64,000 nt of DNA from Mizuhopecten yessoensis (taxonomy: Eukaryota). This document shows, piece by piece, positions 38,754-52,615 of the stretch. Below the pieces are notes generated by a model. That model worked only from the letters and a program-made list of their open reading frames with translations, did not search any database and was not told the DNA's origin. Position numbers and translations under genes: made by a program. The DNA lies in contig NW_018408922.1 of the NCBI RefSeq assembly GCF_002113885.1, forward strand, positions 2,098,458 to 2,162,457, written 5' to 3'. The stretch's first letter is position 1. Every line of letters starts with the position of its first letter.

Positions 38754-38845
38754 TTAAACTCATTCACCCCTAAAATTTCATAATGAACTATTCCAACCTT
38801 TGAAGTGGAAGAGTTCCAATGTGTCTTCAGGGGTAAATGAGTTAA
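38754..38845 (+). mobile_element. ~92-bp TTAA-flanked MITE, copy 2
   Basis: TTAAACTCATTCACCCCTAAA...TTCAGGGGTAAATGAGTTAA; terminal inverted repeats with TTAA at both ends. Confidence 0.8.
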
Positions 38846-40299
38846 AAGGTAAACAATTACGTTTACACAAAATCAAAATCCTACATATTCTCCAAAATAA
38901 TGCAACCACCAAACAGGAGATAAGGCAGCAGAAAATGACACGATATAAATCTTAATCGTTTAAAAACTGATTATAACAGCATGATTAAAATGGAATGAGC
39001 ATTATTTTGATCAAATACGACAAACCCTAACCTTTTGACATATGTCAAATATTACAAAATATGACTAGGTGAATTCCAAAGGTGTAAATAATTACCAAAA
39101 CTGTAAGTACTTACCCTGTTCTTATATACTTATGTTTACTTAAATCAGTGCCTGGACGTTCCTTTTGTAGGTAGGAAATGTAATCTACAAAATCTGAAAG
39201 TCTAAAGAGGATTAGCGTTTTACGTGCATTGATGCTTGGGCAGCCAAATTTTATTATACGCTTAACATTTGATGTGTATTGCCAGGGCATTGTATGCTGG
39301 TCTCACCAATAGACCTTTCCTTAAATCCACAAAAAAAATGATATGCACCGTTCCAAACCCTGACATTAATCAAATACTCTCTCCCGAAAAATTAGAAAAG
39401 TTCTTTTTGCCGAGTTGCATGGCATTAGCTATTGGATACAGGTTTATCAATCTGCGGTGAATGAGGAATGACAACTATAACCCTTAAGCCATTGAAAGGT
39501 ATTCAAGTCTTTGGTAGATGTACTTCCCAGTATATATGTTTCCATTTCTACAGCTGGGATGGCTGGAACATTTTATCAAGGTCTTGGAATTCATAAGATC
39601 TCAAAACTATGAAACTCTTAAAAAGTCAGAATAAAGACTAATGGTACATTTGGACTATGCAAATACGTTTACTGTGGTATAATTTTGATAGTAACTATAC
39701 CATTCTAATAAAACAGCTGAACCAGCAATTCTGTGAACAAAGACCACCATTTTACCTCCTTATCAATTGGATGCTCTAGCTGTTCAGCCCTATTTATGCC
39801 AACTACACCAAGTGCCTGTCTATCAAAACACATTTGTTTTAAGTGTTCGTTACTTGAACAGTACCAAATTAAAACTTCCAACATCCCATCTTCAGAACAA
39901 AGCTTCTCACAAAATCTCACAAAGCAAAAAGTATTCAATATATGGTTTAAATGTTTTTGCTATTCTATCTTCTTCGTGGCTTAAATTATCATTTCTGTAA
40001 TTGAGTTTTTTTTAGTATTTCAACAAAAATCATTGAGAGATAATCTAAGTTATATTTAATCATTCATGCTTGCATTGCTCTGAGGGTTATATTTCTTGAG
40101 CCTTATAAAGCAACACTATATACTAGCCCTGTACGTTGTTGTGAGAAATGGTATTAACGTTTTATTGCAACTTATAACAAATTTCAGTACATTTCAATAG
40201 AATACTACAATTTTCACTTATCAAAACAGATTTGCTTTCAAACATTAGATTAACTAATTGACTCGAAGTGTGATTTCTAAGAACAGTATCCTATTAACA

Positions 40300-41715
40300 G
40301 AAAGTACAGTACCTGCCTATAGGAGCATTACTAAGTGCCTGTCTATATAGGAGTATAGTACCTGCCTATAGGAGCATTACTAAGTACCTGTCTATATAGG
40401 AGTATAGTGCCTGCCTATAGGATTATAGTACCTGCATGCCTATAGGAGCATTACTAAGTACCTGTCTATATAGGATTATAGTACCTGCCTATAGGATTAT
40501 AGTACCTGCCTATAGGAGCATTAATAAGTACATGTCTATACAGGATTATAGTACCTGCCTATAGGATTATAGTGCCTGCCTATAGGAGTATAGTGCCTAC
40601 CTATAAGATTATAGTGCCTGCCTATAGGATTATAGTTCCTGCCTATAGGAGTATAGTGCCTGTCTATAGGATTATAGTGCCTGCCTATAGGAGTATAGTG
40701 CCTGCCTATAGGAGTATAGAGCCTGCCTATAGGAGTATAAAGCCTGCCTATAGGATTATAGTACCTGCCTATAGGAGTATAGTGCCTGCCTATAGGATTA
40801 TAGTGCCTCCCTATAGGAGTAAGTGCCTGCCTATAGGATTATGGTGCCTGCCTATAGGAGTTAGTACCTGCCTATATGATTATAGTGCCTGCCTATAGGA
40901 GTGTAGTGCCTGCCTGTAGTAGTATAGTACCTGCCTATAGTAGTATAGTACCTGCCTATAGTAGTATAGTGCCTGTCTATAGTAGTATAGTACTTATAGT
41001 ACCTGCCTATAGGCCTGCCTATAGTAGTATAGTACCTGTCTATAGTTGTATAGTAACTATCTATAGTAGTATAGTACATGTACCTGTCTATAGTAGTATA
41101 GTTCCTGTCTACAGTAGTATAGTACCTGCCTACAGTAGTATAGTACCTGCCTATAGTAGTATAGTACCTGTCTATAGTTGTATAGTACCTGTCTATAGTA
41201 GTATAGTACATGTACCTGTCTATAGTAGTATAGTACCAGCTGTCTATAGTAGTATAGTACCAGCTGTCTATAGTAGTATAGTCCCTGTCTATAGTAATAT
41301 AATACCTGCCTATATTAGTATAGTACCTGTCTATAGTAGTATAGTACCTGTCTATAGTAGTATAGTACCTACCTATAGTAGTATAGTACCTGTCTATAGT
41401 AGTATAGTACCTGTCTATAGTAATATAATACCTGCCTATATTAGTATAGTACCTGTCTATAGTAGTATAGTGCCTGTCTATAGTAGTATAGTACCAGTCT
41501 ATAGTAGTATAGTACCTGTCTATAGTAGTATAGTACCTGTCTATAGTAGTATAGTACCTGTCTATAGTAGTATAGTACCTGCCTATAGGCATATAGTACC
41601 TGCCTATAGTAGTATAGTACCAGTCTATAGTAGTATAATACCTGTCTATAGTAGTATAGTACCTGCCTATAGGAGTATATTAGTGTAATATATAGTGCCT
41701 GTCTATAGGATAAGA
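40300..41715. repeat. 21-bp minisatellite (AGTATAGTACCTGYCTATAGK)
   Basis: About 65 units. These give the 7-aa periodic ORFs on both strands (IVPAYRS, YYTTIDR). Confidence 0.97.
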
Positions 41716-41737
41716 TTACTTGCATATAGTATTTATT

Positions 41738-42050
41738 GGCAAATTGGTCGAGTGGTTAACACTCCGGCCTTCCACGCAGGCGGCCGTGGTTCGATTCCCT
41801 AAATCATCGTACACATGGATTTTCAGAGAAAGTGTTTTTTCTCTTGCCCACACAACTCCAACAACCCAGCTGGAGTATAAATTGGTTTGGGGTGGGTGTT
41901 GCGGTATCTGTGCTGTAGCGTTCAAGTGAGGTGGCATTATAAATGATACCGTTGGAAGCACGGTCCCACTACAAACAGTACACATTACATCTCCAGCACA
42001 CATTCAGGCATACACACATAGGGAGATATAAGTCAGGTGGCATATAGGAC
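41738..42050 (+). mobile_element. tRNA-derived SINE
   Basis: A box TGGTCGAGTGG and B box GGTTCGATTCC, with a Gly/Glu-like GCCTTCCAC loop. The body has CCCAGCTGGAGTATAAATTGG and TTCAAGTGAGGTGGCATTATAAA. Confidence 0.75.
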
Positions 42051-42194
42051 TAGTAATTAGTGCCTGATAAAGCAGCTCCTGCGAATTCCTCAAAATTATA
42101 TTGATTATTGTATACCTATGCTAATTGTATTATGAGAAGTTCTTTTTACACAACCAATAAAATGTTTAGAAATATGCTAATTGTATTTATTGTA

Positions 42195-42290
42195 TATCTA
42201 TGTACTGTACAGCGCTTTCGAGTGGCTTATGTTAGCTAGATAGGGCGCTATATTAAATGCTGTATATCATTATTAATATATTATTATTAA
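42195..42290 (+). mobile_element. L2/CR1-type LINE 3' end (or LINE-derived SINE tail)
   Basis: GTACAGCGCTTTCGAG...GGGCGCTATATTAAAT followed by a (TAT)n tail, the typical L2-clade 3' stem-loop plus short repeat. Confidence 0.65.
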
Positions 42291-43351
42291 GGAGTATAGG
42301 TAATGCCATAGGAGTTTAGTCATTTCATATAGGTGTATATAGTGTCTGCCTAGCAGTAAAACGTCCTATACTCTAGCATACACTATTCCCTTTCCCTCAG
42401 TCAATGTTGACTTAATGGGTCCAGGAAGTCTCTCAAATAAACATCACCCTGATTAGACGACAACTAAATTATGATTGTCAAGTCAAACGGCACAAGCCAT
42501 TGACCATTAATAAACTTCACCAGCCAATATTCAATTTTCTCATGACACGTGGAAAAGCATGTCGTCTGCTGTGGGCGTGTATTACCCCTGCAGGGGTTCT
42601 ATGATTCTGAATTGGCAAGAAAACGCTATTGCTTCATCAAGTTAAATCTTCGGCCATTCATTTATAACTGCGGGTCATTCGGGTGGCAATTTTTGTGATT
42701 CGATCACGTAAATCATAGTTAAAAGGACAGACTTTATGTCGGACCAAAGGTCTGGTCATTATTTTCCTCATTATCAACAATTATGATGAATAGCATGGCT
42801 ATTAGGTTCATGCAGGAGGGAGGTCAAATTGGACATGAGGGGTCATTTCTATTTAACTGACCCTCGGATAATTCGAACTAACAATGCATTGGGCCATGAT
42901 GAAGTCAGAGGACTTCTCCCTAAGTACTTCAGATGTTAGAATTCAGAATTAATTCTGTGTTTTCCGAGTGAAATATTGTTCGTTTCAGACAGCTGCACGT
43001 GTACTATGGTAACGTAAAGTCTTTGTCTGAATGAGTAACACTTGTACCACTTCATGATTCTACCAACATCGAGTACAAACTAATCAATTCCTCTTGTTCA
43101 GATCAGTTTCTAAAAGAAATATAAAAAAAAAAAATCTGAAAAATTCTGTCCGACCATCAAACGATATCGCTAATAAGTCAATTTTTTTATGATGAAATTA
43201 TTGGAGATATTGTATCATAACAAATAACTGCTAGCACGAAACACCATTATGCTACTTATGGTAAAAACTTATCATAATGGAATTATTGATGATGTAGTGA
43301 AATTTTCTTTTTCAAAACATGGCTACGCTTGTTACGCTTGAAACAAGGGTT

Positions 43352-43504
43352 GGTCACAGGCACCATATGTAATAGGAGCAGAAAAAAAATGCACTGTCAG
43401 ATCGGGGTTCGAACCCATTACGACCTTCCAACCTCTAGACAAACACTTAACGATTGAACTATCTTATCAATATCGATCAACCCAGTCCAGTTCTCCCTAC
43501 TACA
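43352..43504 (-). mobile_element. Short LTR-like unit (TGTAG...TTACA, 43504-43368) containing a tRNA-like sequence, followed by a PBS-like TGGTGCCTGTGACC
   Basis: TG...CA termini, internal degenerate A box TAGTTCAATCG, B box GGTTCGAACC and a T8 run. A TGG-initiated PBS-like sequence starts 2 nt after the CA. Confidence 0.5.
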
Positions 43505-46500
43505 CCCTATTTATTCAGTGTATACACAATGTCATATATTTTGCTAATGAGCTCACATAATATGGCCTATTTTTAATGATAATGAAATGACATCACAGAC
43601 TTCAAAATTACAGTACATAACTCAAATAAATATAGAGCCAAATGGCAGAATTTTAGACTTCATGTTAGAATGACCTGGAAAGACATGTTTTTTCTTCAAT
43701 AATCGTAATATGCCTCTATATCATATGATAAAATCTTCAATTCATTTTTATTTCATAAAAGGTTCATAAAACTAGTCACAAAATTTTCCTTTTAGCCCAC
43801 TTCATATTAAAACCATCTATGAAATTGGAACTCATATGCAATCCTTACTATGGGTGTACATGACATTGATCATAATACGTCTTCAAGTTAAGGTGGGCTA
43901 ACTAATAGTCTAGACTATATATATCAATTTGAACAGAAACACATTCCATAAAACTGGGCCCTTGTGGAGAAACGGGTAAATTTTGGAACCATTTCAGTGT
44001 TTATCATCTATGTTGGATATATACATGTTTAAACCTAATATTTGATGTTATTAATATGATAAAATGTCGTAGAAATAACTTCACTTGTAATCAATATCCC
44101 TGAGACGATTTCAAACCCAAATGAAAGCAATCATATTTGCCATTGAACAGTTACCATGACAACAAAATTCAGACATTTTACCCATAATCATTCACTGTTA
44201 TCTGATTTCAGACCAAAATCAAATTTGTTTCCTAATATGATGTTTTCAATGATTCACGATTTTCATTTTAATCTTCCGGATATTAATTTGTCTCCCATTT
44301 TATCGGGTTATGTGAAAGGTGACACAGATTTTGACCTCTCCATCATGACAATCATCTGTCCGACAGATGTAAAAGATCGGAAAAAAATATAATCCAGATT
44401 ACTTTTTTTAGGTTTTGGATTGGTTTAAAATCCTTATTTCATCAAGACTTGGCGATTGTTAATATTTGTCAGTTCTGCAACTTATTCGCCGGTGAAGCGT
44501 AAGATATCAGCGTAAATCATCATTATTTCGTAAAGACCATTCTCGCTTCAGCGATTATTTTCCACAGAACCATGACAAGGAAACAAAATACGAGATAATT
44601 AATTGAACTTGTCTTGTTATCTTCACAGAAAGAGAAATTGCAATAACGTTCTTTCTTCAGAAGTCAGAGAAATAAATGAGGCTTATTGAAGGTATTTACA
44701 TTTCAATGTTGGAAGCAAAAATTAATATCATTACTTCGGAATCTTAATGAATAGAATCATAATACGAGAGGCGATCATGCAATTTGCATGTCGACAAAAG
44801 TGCGAAAATGAATACGGCATTGTAAAATGTTCCCCACCATTTACATTCATTAGGCATTAACGTCTGGTAGAGTTTAAAAGCCAAGTTAACAATTATGATT
44901 TTCAATATCTCAGAGCTTATCTGTATCATCTCTAGGGATAACATAATGTTCCGAACAATCTGGTTTTGTTTGTTGTCAAGCTAATAGTATCGCCAATCAC
45001 AGCTGTCAAATCATCATGAATATTCATGATTCATTGAAATCCTCAAAACGAAATATGAATTTTCTGCTCAACACGTTTTTTTTAATGAAAGTGACACCAA
45101 AGAAGATTGATTCTTTATGCAATATATGATTTAAAGATCGTGAAATCGTGGCATATAGAACAAAATTTTACCTAAAAAAGGTAATTGAGATATCCAAAAA
45201 AACATGTATTGTGCATTGTAAAGCAGACAAATTGAAATCTACGAATGAAAAATACACTTTCACTTAAACTCATTGCTTCCAAGATTACCAGCTCTGTGGT
45301 TTTGGTTAATTTCTGACATACCATATTCAAGCTAATAAATCGCCCAAATGTTTATATAGTCTTAGCAACCCATTATTTTACTATAATGTTCAGACAACTC
45401 AAAAAAGTGCAGTAATTCTTATTTTACCCATTTGCTTAGCACCCCAGCTCTCTGCATGTGCAGAATGGGTATAGCCACTGGAGTGCTACTTGATAGTGTT
45501 TAAGAAATATATCAAGTTTATCATACTTGCAAAACTTTTGGATTTTTTCTGGGGGACAAACTGCAAGATAAAACCTAAATGTGACTGGAAAAAAAACAGT
45601 GATCATAAATTCCTAGCTATTTGACACAACAATAATGTAGAAAGTCATAGTTTGGCTGTTCTATGCAATGAATATGAATTGAAGTTGACCAAATTGTAAG
45701 ATGAAGGGAACTCTGTTGAACAGGCTCCTTTGCTTCAAAATAGGGAGATTTGGTAAGTATGCAATATATACACATTTTGTCCATTTTGTAATTCTTCCAT
45801 TTTGAAAGATGTTGGAAGCTCATGACTATACATCCATCGCATGCAAAATTCCTGATTCATCAAATTAAAGTATTTGAATAATGAAATTAAACAAATTCTG
45901 GTAGACTCTAGTAGAACCAGGATATCATGGGCTCTTTTATATAAAATAATCTTACATACAGATGTCTGAAAGGGAGACAAAACTATCTTAATTAACTTGC
46001 CAGTCACTTCCCTAAGGGATCGCTCAGACGTTTGACATGCAGGCGAAAAATGTCCACAATACCCAACAGCATCAAAGAGAGGCTTGAACAATTAAGTTGG
46101 TAGACCTGTCTGCAAATTACAGTCAACATTTTTGTTCTATCCAAACTCAAATGACAAATTATCCTGACAATAGGATTTCATGGCGCTGTATTTTTTTCAA
46201 TGTTGTTAATTTCTGAAGTTTTGAGGTGATCTTCAGGACTTTTAAAGTCATCCATTAGGAATTACTCTATACAATTTAATGATAATTTTAAATATTAAAA
46301 ATACATAAGATTATATCCTAAACAGCCTTCTGCTCTACATTTGAGCTTCTTTTGTTTTATAATGAAGACAAATTTTAAAGAACTTTTAAATAAAAACCAA
46401 GAAACACTTTTTTTGGAGGGAGTCCCAGGGAATAGGAACTAACAGATTTATTTTTTTCCTTCAGACTAATTTCAGAACATTGCAAAATTTCTCTCTGCAT

Positions 46501-49500
46501 TTCACAGAAAGAACAATAGGGATTGAACAACAATAGAAATTAAAAATGGTTGAAGGATGTTGTATTTTTATTTTTCCCCTTTTAGACTATTAAATGAACC
46601 AAAAGGCATTACAAGAGGCGTTTATGGCACGTTCTTAGTTCAGATAAGCTTGGAAAAAGAAAAAAAAAAACTTGTCTGATTATTCAAGTGGGCACAAAAA
46701 CACTGAAGTTAAGTCAACGTTGCTATTTTTTTGTCAATTTTCACCAAGACAAAGCAATATAATGTCATTAAGGACAGCGCTGGTACTAAGCCAAATGTCA
46801 TTTTCACTTCTTGGACAACGTCCAGACGATGAGATTAGGTTTATTCGCAAATTGTTCCCTAAGAATCGTTCTACGAGCACTCATCATACACTCGAAAACG
46901 AACTGATTACTGCCGTAATCGGACTCATTCATGGTTCAGTGATTAGGGAATGAACATCCATTGTAGTGAATGAACGTGTACGGCTGTGATCGGAAATTCT
47001 CTCTCTGGTTAAATGACCCCAGAAAATCCCAACTGTGAAGAGCGACGAATCTTGCCTTCGGTGTTCAATATGTAACTCTAAGAGATATTGACTCCCGAGC
47101 AATGGAGAGTAGAAAACACAGATGTCGCACAAGAATGTTTCACGGAAGATTTGAATGATAGCTAAAATTAGATTTTATCAAGAGCACAAGGGCAAACAGA
47201 TCATCAGTCGTATTTATATCTCGAGTGTTGTAATAAATTTGCAGTTGAGAAAAAACATTTTCAAAAACAAACGAAAAAGTCATGTTCCCTTATAAACATA
47301 TGTTAATTAAATTTTGTAATGTTGTTATAATCATGAATTTCACAAATTTTATTTACTTTTTTCCAGTTTTTAATTTGTAACTATTTTCTTACAAGTTTTG
47401 TCGACAAGAAACATTTTGTCGTTACGACTCTCTTGAATTAAGATCTTTGTCCTTATCAGGAAAATTACAAAAATACCAAAGCTGTAAAAATAACCCTATA
47501 TATGTAATACACAATTTCCATTTTATACTCGTCTAGAAAACTACAGATGACCATTCTTTCATTTCACTCTTTGTCGCTAATTATGTTATATTTTTCGCAA
47601 TATACTGTATTTGACAGTAAAAATTAAATCTCTTCTATCTTATAGACTTGGTGTGTAAAAAAGTTCATCGTATTAATGACAGCCGATTCAATTATCACTA
47701 GACTTATCACATAAACACAGCAAAAAAAAAAAACACCTGAAAATGATCATGTTACAGTAGCATTCTTTGTTCTTCGACAGAACTTTTCAAGAATCAAAGT
47801 CTCTCTGTTGTACGGACGTAATCTCCAGGAGTTTGCAAAAGAACAAACAGAATCTAAAGGAAAAGAAACCACATGTGTATTTCTAACCTGTTAACCAGAG
47901 AAACGTAATTTACAATGTATCCAAGGAATCCGGATTTTGATAAATTCATCCTTCTTACATGAAAGCGAGAAACATATGTAATACCCCCCTCTTGAATGTA
48001 GGTCAACTCGACACCCTCCCAAACATCACAGACAGGTGAAGGACAGGTACACACAAAACTCTTACCTTTGATGTTGACTCAAAAGACAGGTAACACTCGT
48101 TTGGTCCAGGTAGATTATTAATAGGTACACACTTTTCCTAGGTGTTATGATTAATGATACATAAAAAACATAACTTAGACAACAAGCGTTAAGACTTCTC
48201 GTATACCACACCTCCATGTATCGAATCATATTTGCATTACAGTAGTTGTTTTATTCAAATCAAAATCTTTCAGATAGATCTCGAGAAAATAAACACTTTA
48301 GCTTGCACTTCCTTAGAAAAGGGAATCAAAAGGGATTTAACGAATTAGAGGGATTACATTTGGTCATAAAAACAGGGGTCATACCATGAAAATTGTATTG
48401 TGAACGGTCGTATTATTTGCGGCAGTATAACTTCAATTCACTGAAAGCCTAAATCTCTACCTACACAGAATTTACTCGGGATTAATATTTAACAAGTCAA
48501 TCTGCAGGGAGACCCTAAAATAAATACACAGATGCCAGGTCATAAAATATGAAGGTGACAATTTTTTTTTTAATTTTATCAAATGATCTATTTTAGTCGA
48601 TTGCAGTTTGTAATTCATTTTTATCAAAATCAATAATCTGAGAGTCAATTTTATTTTAGTTTTATCAAACAGCGATCTTTTTATTCCAAATTGAATTGCA
48701 ATTTTATGTAATAATAGTATCCAACGGAACCAATCACAGCTACGGAAACAAATGAGATCGGTTTAATCAAATGAGGCTTGATACAGAGTCAGATAGATGA
48801 CCTCTGACCTTTGTGCCAGTAAATTTCAACCAGACATTCTGTTGTTTGGTCTCCCCCATATTTCACATAAATAAAATGATATGTCACAGAATTTCACATT
48901 TTCATAGAATTGTTAAACAACGATTTGTAATTGTAAGAACCAACATCATGTACATATTACAATATACGTTCAATAGCTGAACAAAATTATCTTATGAAAG
49001 TGACATGATATTGGAGCTCTCGGGAGCAAACAGATCGAGTCCATTATTTCTGGACTTGCTTGAGTGACCCATCGAAACACAGAGCTTAACTTGATGTTCT
49101 GAAGCCACTGCGAGTCAAGTTCGACTCCTGCCTGGAAGGAAGCCAGTCTAACAAAAGCTTACTTCCCAATATGCTTGCAACCAATTTGTACTGCTGGGTA
49201 GATTGAAACAATCAGGGTAATGTTTCATGTTCAAAGATAAAAAAAAATATGTCAAGTGCTAGCTGTATTTGACTTTTTCCTTCCGAGGGAGAAATAAAAT
49301 ATCACACTAATAAATTATTAATTTTGATCTACATGGGGAAAACCTCTATAAAAAGTTCACAGTTTGTTTTTGAAAACTAACTTACTTAAATTAATTTGAC
49401 CAAACAGATAACTGATCTCCCACAAATAAAAAGGATGCATTACACTTTCAGGCAGAGGAATATCACTAGTTTCAAAAAACACAAATAACAAACTTTTCAA

Positions 49501-51868
49501 ATAAAACACATAATTTAAAAGGGAAACAATCCTTAATAAAAGCAGGACACTTTATTTGAGTGCTCACAATCTCAAAAGATAAAGTTAAACTTTGAAAAAA
49601 CAAAGCAAAGGAAAAGAAATTCAGTGTAAAGAAGCCATACATAATAAGACCGAGACATTTCTATCGACAATGCTGAAGAATGTCCACAATTGAGGCGACA
49701 TTGCCGCAATCCATATATATATATAGTAAATAAAGTCCAAAGCCCATCGCTCCCCGTACAAAACATTCGCTTTTTGAGGCAAGAACTCCGTAACTCAATT
49801 ACCTACACGTCCAGTTAAGGAAATGAGAACTTCTAACATTTGAACGAAGGCAGGTGGTATGTCATTTCGTAAAGTTCTTGATTTGTTTGAATGGCAAAAA
49901 ACCCAGACGAAGAAAATCAACGCTGGCAATACGATTTGTCCTTGCGCAGTCAACTCAATAGCAGCAATGATTGTCATATCGTGCTGAAGCAACTTAATAC
50001 CGTAGATGACCTTCAATTTAGATGGACACCAAGATCCAATTATCATTTTTTTCCTTAACATTCCTTTTGTTAATTTTATGTCATTTAAATTTTCAATTTA
50101 ATTAGAATCAGTGCTAACTGCTTTTAGTTTAAAATCCAACTTGTAGCAGCTGGGTCAATTTATTTTTTAAATATTCCCCTTAAATTCCTTGTTTAAACTT
50201 TTTCCGACATTTTCAGCAATCATATTTATTTGACCCTATAAAATGTGCATTTTAAATGTTTTTGATACGTTTGTTCCAGTTTAAACCAGGTCTCGGGTCT
50301 CTTAAAGATAAAACTGAATGGCTAATTGCAATGTCTTGTCTCGCGCTGTAGTAAAGATTTATCATAAATGGATATTTCTGATATTTTAAGAAACTACAGA
50401 AAAACATCTAGGAGTATTGTGTCTAGAGCTGCCGAGGTTATGCAATAGCGATAAGACACTGCATCTATGTTTTTTAAAGACTTATTTAAAGTGGATAGAG
50501 TATTGATTACGCCAGGAGATAAATGTCGCTTCATTTATAAACATCCTCCAAGATCATATCTCTATAGCTGTACTGTACTTATACATGCATCAGAAATGGA
50601 TTTTACTGAAAGTTATATTTTTGTACAAAAAATTATGTTATGTTGGATTTAAAATTCCTCCTATAATATCACTTTTAAGTCGGTTACCAATCTCATAATC
50701 TATTTATAGCTCCCGGCCCGTCCACCCAACATTCATGACTTTTAATTGAACTGTGTCCAATACTATCCACCATCCCCAAGACCCTTCCACATGATTCCTC
50801 CATCCTATATATATACATGACTAACCATCTCCTTGTCCCATCCCCACCCCTGGGGAATCCTACTTCACTGACTATACCTACCATTTCATTCATTATCCCC
50901 CTCCCCCATTTCCCTGCCAACCCAACCCTAACCCAACATGAAAATATCATTATATTAAATATCATTGAAGAACCCCTCAATTACTAAGTTTAGACCTTCT
51001 TAATGGTTTTAAATCAAACCATGTAAGTGATATTAATAAGTGTATAATATAAATGTGCTCAATTACTTATTGGCCGAGCTGAACAGTAATCTCATGTACG
51101 AGTCCTTGGATATTTAATTATGTATCTATAGAAGTTAAGGAGAATGTTAGTTTCTGAAGTTTTGCAGTGAAAAAAAAATGTTTGTGGAAATATGAATAAA
51201 GTGGTGACATACGTATACACTGTTGGAGCTTTGGGTGATGTTGACTGAAACTTCTTAAATCTTCATAATCCCAAATACATGAAAGTAACTTCTCTGACTT
51301 GGATCTATTTCTCATAATATCTGCAAATGATTACTGCCTGTGGACTTCATGTATCAGCCCAGTGAATAAGTACGTACGCCACGAACCATCAAACATCTCT
51401 GTCCCGTCGGGATCGGCTGTCAGTAGCAAACACATGTACAGCGGCCCCTACCATATTGTAAATGTGGGAGTTACTCCCCTTGAATCATGAAACGGGTAAT
51501 TAATCACATTTTTTTATTCAAAGCTTATATAATTTTATACAAGTTTCGTTTATGACAGTGATCGATTTGCCTGGAAAGATATCTGGGATTTATATATAAA
51601 AAAAAAAATCCGGGGGATTAGAATTAAAATCAACGAGATTTTTAAACTTAAAAGAGTTTGTGTGAAATCGCGAAACTTATGATTTTCATTGAAACAAGTT
51701 TCAAATATTGGATGACGAATAACAAATCAAATACGCTCGTGTCCACATATGATTAACGAAATTGTCGGAAATATGGTCCAAGTTCCACAATTATTTTATA
51801 CAGAAATCTTAGTGTTGACAGGTTGTTGGGTGTACAAAACACAGTCTTTAAAGAAAAGTTTATCTTAC

Positions 51869-51901
51869 CTTGTGCACTTTCCGCCAAAAGTATCCTGTCA
51901 T
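51869..51901 (-). CDS. Candidate alternative first coding exon (MTGYFWRKVHK)
   Basis: GAAAATGA start, 11 open codons and a strong phase-0 donor AAG|GTAAGA. A CpG/CRE-rich promoter-like stretch lies immediately upstream (51960-52080). Confidence 0.5.
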
Positions 51902-51929
51902 TTTCCCAAATAACTGACAACACTAGATA

Positions 51930-52080
51930 CAGTCAATATAGGGCTCAATGTACAACCGTTCTGTCCCACAATCTACGTCACGTCAGAGACGTTTACTACT
52001 ACTATGACTTTATATGTCTCTGGTCACGTAATACACGTGCATTTCCCCCGCCGATGACGTACGGACCAAACGTAGCAGTG
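51930..52080 (-). promoter_or_regulatory. Putative alternative promoter (CRE/ATF and E-box cluster)
   Basis: TACGTCACGTCA, GTCACGTAA, CACGTG and TGACGTA within ~100 bp, directly 5' of the 51901-51869 exon candidate. Confidence 0.45.
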
Positions 52081-52615
52081 ATCTGAATTTGTGTCAAAGA
52101 TATTGTTTTTTTACCAATGCCGTCGCCGTATGGCCATCTTAGCTATTGCAAAGACGTTAAAACCCTAATAATTCGACTACTTATGAAGAAATAAGGTACA
52201 TATATATCAATATTTTTATGCTCAGACGTTTCAAAATTGTAGGGTAACTTGAGGAGTTGAAGAGTCATGTCAGTGCATATAATCTCTAGTTAGACAGAAA
52301 CGCTTGTTAAAGGGCTGTGATAATCTAGTCAGCGCGGTCCTAAATAACGGCATCTGTAATAAACGGCCACCGTCTGTCTTCAGCGGTCACTTGCAGGTCC
52401 GCCGGCCTAACCCATTTTTAAGGCGGTCATATCTCTATAAAGCGACCAACGTTAACGCTCACTGCCGTTACGCGGTTATTTTAATATCCAGGAGTTTTTT
52501 GGGTCAACATCATTTGGTGAGCGGTCAGCTACACATAAAGCAAATTTAAACAAATATGGCAATTAAAATGTCTTCCCTATAATTTTGAAATCGACTATTA
52601 GTATATGCTTTTTAC

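Noticed and set aside
40572-41725. Tyr/Thr-rich and Val/Pro-rich ORFs (243 and 270 aa), superficially like adhesive or shell proteins
   Set aside because: Translations of a 21-bp satellite on both strands, with no signal peptide and no exon boundaries.
47854-48140. Minus-strand donors at 48066 and ~47958
   Set aside because: No in-frame ATG or good acceptor; stops upstream in phase 0.
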